A stretch of DNA of 64,000 nt from Vulcanimicrobiota bacterium (GTDB taxonomy: Bacteria; Vulcanimicrobiota; Vulcanimicrobiia; Vulcanimicrobiales; Vulcanimicrobiaceae), in contig OY968762.1 in the NCBI GenBank assembly GCA_963695225.1, positions 256,001 through 320,000 of the forward strand, written 5' to 3'. The notes under the pieces were generated by a model, which did not search any database, was not told the origin of the DNA, and worked only from the letters and a program-made list of their open reading frames with translations. Shown one piece after another: positions 49,593 to 57,386 of this stretch. How positions within the stretch are numbered: position 1 is the first letter of the stretch; the number at the start of each line of letters is the position of its first letter. The translations under genes and the position numbers were made by a program.

Positions 49593-50537
49593 CTACGGCG
49601 CTCCCGCGGGGTTCGCGGCCTTGACGAGCCCGGCGAAGACGTCTTCGAGCGAAGGCGTGACCGGCCGCAGATCGGGGACGCGGATGCCGCGTTCGTCGAG
49701 GAAGCGCTGCAGCTGCGGGAGATCCTCGGCACGTTCGACGGTGACGTGCAGCGAGGAGCCGTAGAGGGAGGCGCTGCGGACGCACGGCAGGTCTTCGACC
49801 GTATCGAGCAGTGCGACGTTCTCCGGCGCGACGATCTCGACGGTGACGCCGGAATCCGGCGCGTGCTTGAGCGCTGCGGGGGAGCCGCGCGCGACGATGC
49901 GCCCGTTATAGATGAACGCGAGCCGGTTGCAATGCTCGGCTTCGTCGAGGTAATGCGTCGTCACCATCACCGTCGTGCCTTCGTCGGCGAGGCCGACGAT
50001 CAAATCCCAGAACTCGCGGCGCGAGACCGGGTCGACGCCGGCGGTCGGCTCGTCGAGGAAGAGCATCTGCGGCCGATGGATCAGCGCGCACGCGAGCGCG
50101 AGCCGTTTGCGGATGCCGCCCGGAAGGGCGCCCGCGAGTTCGCGGCGGCGCTCGGTCAAGTCGACGCGCGCCATCCACGTTTCGACGGCCTCGCTTTGCG
50201 CCGCGCCGTAGAAGCCGAACAGCCCGGCGAAAAAGCGCAGGTGCTCTTCGACCGTCAGATCGCGCCAGAGGCTCGAGCCCTGCGACATGTAGCCGATGCG
50301 CAGCTTGACGGATTCGGGATCGCGCGCGACGTCGTAGCCGAGGACTTCGGCCCTTCCCGACGTCGGCTCGAGGACGCCGCAGAGCATGCGGATCGTCGTC
50401 GACTTCCCGGAGCCGTTCGGGCCGAGGAAGCCCCAGATCTCGCCGGCGTGGATTTCGAACGAGATGCCGTCGACGGCGACGAACGAGCCGAAGCGCCGCG
50501 TGAGCGACTCCACCTTGACGCTCGGCGCGGACGTCAT
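49593..50537 (-). CDS. ABC transporter ATP-binding protein
   Basis: GPNGSGKST, LPGG, FLDEPTAGVDP. Confidence 0.93.
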   Translation of the reverse strand: MTSAPSVKVESLTRRFGSFVAVDGISFEIHAGEIWGFLGPNGSGKSTTIRMLCGVLEPTSGRAEVLGYDVARDPESVKLRIGYMSQGSSLWRDLTVEEHLRFFAGLFGFYGAAQSEAVETWMARVDLTERRRELAGALPGGIRKRLALACALIHRPQMLFLDEPTAGVDPVSRREFWDLIVGLADEGTTVMVTTHYLDEAEHCNRLAFIYNGRIVARGSPAALKHAPDSGVTVEIVAPENVALLDTVEDLPCVRSASLYGSSLHVTVERAEDLPQLQRFLDERGIRVPDLRPVTPSLEDVFAGLVKAANPAGAP

Positions 50538-51448
50538 GCGATCAGCCTCGCGACGAACGTATCCTCGAGCGAGGGCGGAATCGCGCGCAGCTGCGCGTCG
50601 TCGACGCCGGCCGCCGCGAGGCGGCTCTGCAGTTCCGGGATCGCATCGGCCGAGGCGACGAGCGCGTGCAAGGCTTCGCCGAAGACTTCGATGCTGCGCA
50701 CGAGCGGATCGCTGCGCAGGGCGCGCCGCGCCTCGCCGCGCTTCGTGCAGAGGATCTCGACGACGGTCCCCTGCAGCTGCCCCTTCAGTTCGTCCGGCGT
50801 ACCGCAACTGAGGATCGAGCCGCGCGTGATGAACGCGACGCGTGTCGCGCGCTCGGCTTCGTCCATGTACGGCGTGCTGACGAAGATCGTCGTCCCCGTG
50901 CGGTTGATGCGGTAGAGGATGCGCCAGAACTCGCGCCGCGAGACCGGGTCGACGCCGGCCGTCGGCTCATCGAGCAAGATCGTCGCGGGGCTATGGATCA
51001 GCGTGCAGGCGAGCGCGAGCTTCTGCTTCATGCCGCCGGAGAGCGCCTCCGCGAGGCGTTCGCCGAACGGCGTCAGCGCGAAGTCCTCGAGCAGCGAGGC
51101 GGCGCGGGCGGCGAACTGCGCGCGCGGGACGCCGAAGATGTCGCCGTAGAAGCGAAGGTTCTCCGTGACGGAGAGGTCCGGATAGAGGCTGAAGCGCTGC
51201 GGCATGTAGCCGATCGCCGCTTGCACGCGTGCCGTGTGGCGGACGACGTCGACGCCGTCGACGAGGAGCGTTCCGGAATCGACGGCGAGCGCGCCGCAGA
51301 TCAGGCGGATGAGCGTCGTCTTCCCGGCGCCGTCCGGCCCGACGAGCGCGAGGATCTCGCCGCGCGCGACGTCGAGCGAGAGGCGATCGACCGCGACGGT
51401 CGTGCCGAAACGCCGCGTGACGCCCGAGATCTCGATCGCCTTCTCCAC
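50534..51448 (-). CDS. ABC transporter ATP-binding protein
   Basis: GPDGAGKTT, LSGGMKQK, LLDEPTAGVDP. Confidence 0.93.
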   Translation of the reverse strand: MEKAIEISGVTRRFGTTVAVDRLSLDVARGEILALVGPDGAGKTTLIRLICGALAVDSGTLLVDGVDVVRHTARVQAAIGYMPQRFSLYPDLSVTENLRFYGDIFGVPRAQFAARAASLLEDFALTPFGERLAEALSGGMKQKLALACTLIHSPATILLDEPTAGVDPVSRREFWRILYRINRTGTTIFVSTPYMDEAERATRVAFITRGSILSCGTPDELKGQLQGTVVEILCTKRGEARRALRSDPLVRSIEVFGEALHALVASADAIPELQSRLAAAGVDDAQLRAIPPSLEDTFVARLIA

Positions 51449-51450
51449 GG

Positions 51451-52767
51451 CTACGTGTGGAAGACGGCGTCGGCGGGGAGGCCGGGTTTCAGCGCGCCGG
51501 TCGTGTCCGAGAACTGGATCTTGACGCGGAAGACGAGGTACTCGATGCGTTCTTGCTTGGTCTGGACGTTCTCCGGCGTGAACTCCGCGGTGTTGCTGAT
51601 CTCGGTGACGGTGCCGGTGAACGTCTTCCCCGGCATGCCGTCGATCGTGACGTCTGCCGTCATGCCGGTCTTCACATGCGGCAAGTTCGATTCGCTGATG
51701 TAAACGTTGAGGTAAGGGTGGGCGAGATCGCCGACGGTCAGCACGGCGGAGCCGGGTTGGATGAGGTTGCCGACTTCGAAGTTGTGCGAGATGACGTAAC
51801 CGTCGAACGGGGCGAGGATCTGCGTTTCGCGGACGCGATCTCGCGCGAGCGCGAGTGCGGCGCGCGCCTGGGCGAGTTGCGCTTGCGCCGTGAGGACCTG
51901 CGCTTGGCGCTGCGCGACGAGCTGTTCGCCCGCCTTCGCGGACTGGAGGTTCGCGACCGATTGGCTGCGCTGCGAGCGCGAGGCGCGGACGCCGAGTTCG
52001 CGGATCTGGACGGTGCGGCGGTTCGCTTGCGCGAGGGCGAGCGCGTCGCGCGCCGCTTGAAGCTGCGCGGCGGCGGCGGTGCGGGCGTTCGTCGCGTCGT
52101 CGAGGGCTTGTTGGGCGATATCGCCCGTGGCGGCGAGGCTGCGCGCGCGATCGAGGTTCGTCTGCGCGTGCTTGTCCGCGGCGGCGGCCGCGACGAGTTG
52201 CGCTTGCGCTTGATCGACGGCGAGCGCGGCCGCGTGCGTTTCGATGGCGAGCGTTTCGCCCGCTTGGCCGAGGTTGGATTGCGCGATCGAGACGCCTTCG
52301 CCGGCTTGGGCGAGCGTCGTGGCGTAGGTGGTCTGCTGCAGGCCGTACGCCGCCTGCGCCGCGGCGACTTGCGCGGCCGCGGCGGCGACGCCGGCCCGGG
52401 CTTGATCGAGATCGAGCTTAGGATCGAGCTGCTCGAGGACGGCGAGGACTTGGCCCTTGCGGACGTGATCGCCGTCGCGGACGCGCAGGTCCATGAGGCG
52501 CCCCTGGACCTTCGGGGAGAGGTCGCTTTCGGTCGCCTCGATCGTCCCGGAGGCCTCGATTCCGGCCGGCGGCCGCAGGCGCGCGAAGATGAACCAGGCG
52601 ACGAGGGCGACGACGATCGCCGCGGCGATGAGGATGAGCGGGAGGGGGAGCGGCGCGCCCTTGGCGGGAGGCTGCGGCGGGCCGCCGGAGGGCGCGCCGG
52701 GCTGCGCGCGGGCGGGATCGTTCCGCGGCGCGGCGGGGGTGGGCGCGGCGGGCTCGGCTACGCCCAT
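51451..52767 (-). CDS. HlyD family membrane fusion protein (YbhG-like)
   Basis: TM anchor, ASGTIEA, GDHVRKGQVL, long coiled coil, AEFTPENVQT, LKPGLPAD. Confidence 0.92.
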   Translation of the reverse strand: MGVAEPAAPTPAAPRNDPARAQPGAPSGGPPQPPAKGAPLPLPLILIAAAIVVALVAWFIFARLRPPAGIEASGTIEATESDLSPKVQGRLMDLRVRDGDHVRKGQVLAVLEQLDPKLDLDQARAGVAAAAAQVAAAQAAYGLQQTTYATTLAQAGEGVSIAQSNLGQAGETLAIETHAAALAVDQAQAQLVAAAAADKHAQTNLDRARSLAATGDIAQQALDDATNARTAAAAQLQAARDALALAQANRRTVQIRELGVRASRSQRSQSVANLQSAKAGEQLVAQRQAQVLTAQAQLAQARAALALARDRVRETQILAPFDGYVISHNFEVGNLIQPGSAVLTVGDLAHPYLNVYISESNLPHVKTGMTADVTIDGMPGKTFTGTVTEISNTAEFTPENVQTKQERIEYLVFRVKIQFSDTTGALKPGLPADAVFHT

Positions 52768-52993
52768 GGAGCGGCCTCGCGCCGCAGGGGCGAGCGCCCG
52801 AATCCGTAGCCGGGCCGGTTGCGCGCCGGGGAGCCGTCGACCATACCATCTCCAAGGGGAACCGACGGTGCGGCCCTGAGAATCGGGTACCGAAAGCGGG
52901 ATGGGCCCAAACGGCGCCCGGTTGGCGGCGGTTGCGTGCTTGCCGCGCGGCTCGCTGTTGCGGTGCCGGTGCTCACGACGGGGGAGAACTGCG

Positions 52994-53404
52994 ATGGGAC
53001 GATCGTCGAAAACGCGAGGGCGCCAGGTGGTTGGGTACGGCTCGCCGTTCGAGAGTGTGATCGGGTTTTCGCGCGCCGTCAGGGTGGGCGACATCATTGC
53101 CGTGGCGGGGACGGCCCCGATGAACGCCGACGGGACGAGCGCGTGCATCGGCGACGTGTACGGCCAAACAAAGCGCTGCATCGAGATCATCGCGGCGGTG
53201 CTTGGGGTGGCGGGGACGGACCTGACGAGCGTGATCCGAACGCGGATCATGCTGACGGACATCACCCGCTGGAAAGAGGCCGCGCGCGCGCACGGCGAGA
53301 CCTTCGCAGAGATCCGCCCCGCCAGCACGTTCGTGCAAGTGAGCGCGTTCATCCGACCGGAATGGCTCGTGGAGATTGAGGCTGACGCGCAGGTTGCGGA
53401 GTGA
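52994..53404 (+). CDS. RidA/YjgF family protein
   Basis: E..IGFSRAVRVG..VAGT, IRPAST, LVEIEADA. Confidence 0.9.
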   Translation: MGRSSKTRGRQVVGYGSPFESVIGFSRAVRVGDIIAVAGTAPMNADGTSACIGDVYGQTKRCIEIIAAVLGVAGTDLTSVIRTRIMLTDITRWKEAARAHGETFAEIRPASTFVQVSAFIRPEWLVEIEADAQVAE

Positions 53405-53451
53405 ACGGCTTTCGTTGGTTTGGAAGCTAGGTTTACCGCGGGACGATCGCG

Positions 53452-53916
53452 TTAGAGTATAGCCCGCGTGGAGAGTTCGATCGAGCGCGGCACGATCGAA
53501 TCGTTCACGATGTAGGTGAAGATGAACATCCCCACGCCCGCGATCAGCGGCGCGGCCGCGATGCGGTTGAAGGAGACGCCCGAGGTGCGCAGCGCCGTGA
53601 TCTCGTTGTCGGCCGCCATGCGCCCGAACGCGACGAGCGTGGCGAAGAGGCAGCCGAACGGAAACGCCATCGGGATCGATTGCGGCACGCGGAACGCGAG
53701 GAAGCGCAGGATCAGGAAGATGTTCGCGTGCGCGTTGATCAGGTAATCCGCCGCGACGAAGAAGATGTTGATGAACCAGAACAGCATGTAGACGCCGGCC
53801 GAGAACGCGAACGGCCCGGCGAGCTCGCGCAGGATGTACGAATCCATGATCGCCAGGCGCAGGCTTGGGCCCGGCGGTGCGATCGGTGTGGCGCGGACGC
53901 CCGGCAGCGTCGCCAT
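53452..53916 (-). pseudogene. Truncated LptF/LptG (YjgP/YjgQ) family permease
   Basis: DSYILRE..PF, RMAADNEITALRTSGVS motif; stops after the third TM helix at 154 aa, whereas family members continue through a periplasmic domain and three more TMs. Confidence 0.75.
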
Positions 53917-53924
53917 GCGGGGGC

Positions 53925-54404
53925 CTAGGAGTCGCGCAGAGCCGCCGTAACCCGGGCCACGTAGGCGCGTGTCTCGGCGATCGGCGGCAGGCTGCCGTGC
54001 GCGGCATCGACGGCGCCCGGGCCCGCGTTATACGCCGCCAGCGCCAGGGCCGTATCGTGATGGTAGCGCGCGAGCAGGTCCCGCAGGTACCTGGCCCCTC
54101 CGTGGATGTTGTCTTCGGGGTCGAACCGGTTGATGACGCCGTAGGTAGCCGCCGTGCCCGGCATGAGCTGCATGAGCCCCGCGGCGCCGGCGCGGCTGAT
54201 CGCGTGGGGATCGCCCTTGGACTCGACGCGGATGACCGCCGTCAGCAGCGCCGCCGAGACCCCCGTCTGCGCCGACTCAGCCCGAACAAGCCGCTGGAGC
54301 TGCGTAGCATCCATCGAGTGCAAGCGCGAGGGCAGAAACCCGTCCCCGCCGGAGCAGCCCGCAAAGGCCGCCAGGGCGAGAAGGATCAGAAGGGGGCGTT
54401 TCAC
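53925..54404 (-). CDS. Lytic transglycosylase (SLT) lipoprotein
   Basis: Lipobox-like AFAGC; VES, GA.GLMQLMP.TA, ALAAYNAGPG, ETRAYV. Confidence 0.93.
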   Translation of the reverse strand: MKRPLLILLALAAFAGCSGGDGFLPSRLHSMDATQLQRLVRAESAQTGVSAALLTAVIRVESKGDPHAISRAGAAGLMQLMPGTAATYGVINRFDPEDNIHGGARYLRDLLARYHHDTALALAAYNAGPGAVDAAHGSLPPIAETRAYVARVTAALRDS

Positions 54405-54598
54405 GTCGCTTGGGGTTTCGGCAGACGGAGCGGGGGTCCGCCTTGGGGGCTGCGTAGAGCTGCTGTGTGCCCTAGCGGATGCCGTCGCCGCCGTGTACCG
54501 GGTGGAAGTGCTCGACTATGCGCTCCCCTTCCCGGAAGTTGCGCGGAGAGCTACGTCTGCAGCGGGGAGCGGCTGCATCAGAGCCCAAGTACCGCTGC

Positions 54599-55336
54599 AT
54601 GGCCAATCTGGAAACCTACCGTGCGCGCTTACTTCAGGCTCAGGAAGTTGTCAAAGCGCACTTCGGTGAGGTCGATGGTGTAGCTGCAGAACACGATGAA
54701 GGGCAGAGGACCGTCGCGCAATCCGAACTGTGGGTCGGCGTCCTTTCTGGGCGCCCGGAACTTCCGGCTCTGAACGCTTCCGTCGATGAATTGGACAGTG
54801 GCCTATATAACTTGGCATCCGGACAATACCGAGAAGCATACGGGAATCTGCGCCTCAGCCTAGAGCTGGGCATGGCAGCGATTCATTTCTCCGTGGAAGA
54901 GCTCGCACTTCGGCAGTGGCTGCGCGACAAGGCAGACATTATATGGTCCAACCTCGTTCAGGATAGCGACAAAGACAAATCCCTATTTACAACGGCCTTC
55001 GTAACAGCCTTCAACGATGATATGGGTGGGCGCTGGAATCAATATAGAACGATCGCAAACTCCCTGCATCGCGAGCTGTCTACTCACGTTCACGGTGCCG
55101 CCTCGACGCGCCGATCGACAAGGACACTATTGTTCAAACGCGAGATAGCGCTTGATTGGCTCACAAAATGTCAGAACGTGCATCTATCCTGGCAGTATAT
55201 TATGCTAGCCCGATATGCTGACCACCTCAGGCTGAACAAAGCGACACTTTCATCGCCCTTTAAGGACATGTTGCGAACGCTATTTGCGTCGATAGAGGAA
55301 ACGAACGGGCTCCTGGCAGAGCTGGGCTGTGTCTGA
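54599..55336 (+). CDS. Hypothetical all-helical protein with HEPN-like motifs
   Basis: YREAYGNLRLSLE and RELSTHVH (Rx4-6H); start taken at ATG 54599 where composition shifts; TGATG overlap with the next gene. Confidence 0.7.
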   Translation: MANLETYRARLLQAQEVVKAHFGEVDGVAAEHDEGQRTVAQSELWVGVLSGRPELPALNASVDELDSGLYNLASGQYREAYGNLRLSLELGMAAIHFSVEELALRQWLRDKADIIWSNLVQDSDKDKSLFTTAFVTAFNDDMGGRWNQYRTIANSLHRELSTHVHGAASTRRSTRTLLFKREIALDWLTKCQNVHLSWQYIMLARYADHLRLNKATLSSPFKDMLRTLFASIEETNGLLAELGCV

Positions 55337-56916
55337 TGTCGGATTTCTATTATCGAACGGAAGATATTCGACCTGACAGCATCCTCAAGTACTTTGTCGA
55401 GATTGCTGAAGACCGAGACATCGTCGATGCTCTCAAGCGCAGAAACCCAACCATCCTCGTTGGCAGCCGTGGTACTGGGAAGAGCTTCCTTCTGCGCGTC
55501 GCGGAAGCAGAGCTAAATAGAGACCTGGATTCAGAAAAGGTCTTGGCCGTCTACTCTACGTTCACGATGAGCCCGCTTATCCAGACGACCGATAGGCATC
55601 AATTTACACACTGGATGCTTGCACGGCTTGCAGCCAATCTCGTGCGAGTAGTCAGGCGGCGGTATTCTTCGCTACCTGAGAGTATCAAGAAGATAGGCGG
55701 CATCGCCAATGAGTCAGGTCGGACAGCCATCGAGCGCATTGCGGAGTCGTACGAGGAGTCGTGGACGCACGGGACTGCAGCGCGGATCGATCCAAAAGGT
55801 ATCCCAACTGCGGACAGTTTTAAGGAGGCAGTGGAGGAAACGTGCATAACACTGGGCCTGCAGCGAGTAGCATTCTTTATCGATGAGGCGACTCACATAC
55901 TACTCGCAGAGCAGCAGCGCCAATTCTTTACACTATTTCGCGCCTTGCGTAGCCCGTACTTGACTTGCCACGCCGCAGTCTATCCTGGCGTCACAGCGTA
56001 CGGGGACGCTTTCCAACGGAGCCACGACGCGACATTTTTATATCTAAATAGGGACGTCCTTGCACGCGAGTATATTGATCGCATGCGAGAGGTTATCGAG
56101 AAGCAGGCGGACAGTGCCACGCTAGGTGCTATAGCACGTAACGGAAGCAGCTTTGATCTTCTCGCCTACGCGGCTTCTGGTAACCCTCGACTTCTGCTTA
56201 AGACGCTTAATAGGGCGCCCAAGCTAGGCGCGCACGAAGTTAACGGTGTCATAAGATCGTTCTATCGGAGTGAGTTCTGGAACGATCACACAACGCTGAG
56301 CAATAAGTACGCACCCTATAAGACTTTCATCGATTGGGGAAGAGACTTTCTCGAGAGAGATGTGTTGGGAAAGCTTCGGAACCGAAGCCAGGCTACATCG
56401 TACCTTTACGTTGACAAAAATAGACCTAAGGCAGTGGAGCAGGCCTTGGACTTGCTAGCATACACAGGAATCATCATAGAGCACGAGGCCGGGATGCGTG
56501 GCACGCGCAGCGGCGTTGGTACGCGCTATCTTGTGAACCTCGGCACGCTATTCGCGACTCTCTCCGTTCCAACGTCTGAAGGCATTCTTCTTGTAAAGGC
56601 CTTGTCGCCAAAAAGGTTCGCAGAGTACGGCGCTAATTACCCTGCCTTCCTAGAATTGCAAAAGGCAGCATCGGACCTGCCAAGCGAGTTGGACACGTCG
56701 CCCGTTCTCCGCGAGCAACTGCGGCGCAGTATTGACGTGTTGGATATAACCGAATGGCAGAAGTCAAAACTTCGCGAACTCCGTTTTACGACCTTAGGCG
56801 ACGTATTAAGGGCGACCGATCAGGAATTGCAGGAAGCCTATTATGTAGGCCAGATCCGGTCGCGCCAAATGAAAAATGCAGCCCAAGCGGCGGTCTTTGA
56901 GTACTTGACGGGATAG
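55336..56916 (+). CDS. P-loop ATPase (ORC/Cdc6- or STAND-like) with C-terminal alpha-CTD/HhH-like domain
   Basis: Walker A GSRGTGKS, Walker B FFIDEA, SGNPR, wHTH-like LDLLAYTGII, C-terminal LRRSIDVLDIT..TTLGDVL..TDQEL..VG. Confidence 0.8.
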   Translation: MSDFYYRTEDIRPDSILKYFVEIAEDRDIVDALKRRNPTILVGSRGTGKSFLLRVAEAELNRDLDSEKVLAVYSTFTMSPLIQTTDRHQFTHWMLARLAANLVRVVRRRYSSLPESIKKIGGIANESGRTAIERIAESYEESWTHGTAARIDPKGIPTADSFKEAVEETCITLGLQRVAFFIDEATHILLAEQQRQFFTLFRALRSPYLTCHAAVYPGVTAYGDAFQRSHDATFLYLNRDVLAREYIDRMREVIEKQADSATLGAIARNGSSFDLLAYAASGNPRLLLKTLNRAPKLGAHEVNGVIRSFYRSEFWNDHTTLSNKYAPYKTFIDWGRDFLERDVLGKLRNRSQATSYLYVDKNRPKAVEQALDLLAYTGIIIEHEAGMRGTRSGVGTRYLVNLGTLFATLSVPTSEGILLVKALSPKRFAEYGANYPAFLELQKAASDLPSELDTSPVLREQLRRSIDVLDITEWQKSKLRELRFTTLGDVLRATDQELQEAYYVGQIRSRQMKNAAQAAVFEYLTG

Positions 56917-57386
56917 GGAGTAACGGCACGCCGTTTGCGATTCTCGCAACGGTCAACAGAAGTGTGTAATATTGTGCAACTATGTCGGCGTGGCGCGGAC
57001 GCCGTCTAGCGCCGCCAAGGGCGGGTACCCCCACGGAGCGCGGCCATCACGTTGTATCGTTTGGGGTTTACCTGAAATATCCAATCCATCGTCAATGCCT
57101 TTGCGCTCAGAGCGCTAACCGGTTCCTCCAGCGTGCCGCTTGCCCTCACGCATTCTCACGGCGTGCCCTTCCTCCAAAGTGCCCAATCTGCCAACCGCCC
57201 GACGGGCGTACCGCCGATAATCCTGAAATACGATAATTGTCTTGGAGGTCGGGGAACGTGCCAAAGTATACCCTAAGGGGAAAAGGCAGATGCTCGGCGC
57301 CGTTCAAGTGACGGGCGTACTCATCTGCCTTAGTCGCCTCATGGCTAAGTTCTGGTCGAGGGGCGACGCTTGCCCAGGAGGATCGA

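Noticed and set aside
54479..54598. N-terminal extension of the HEPN-like ORF as given in the track
   Set aside because: The first 40 codons look non-coding and precede the compositional shift; ATG 54599 is more plausible
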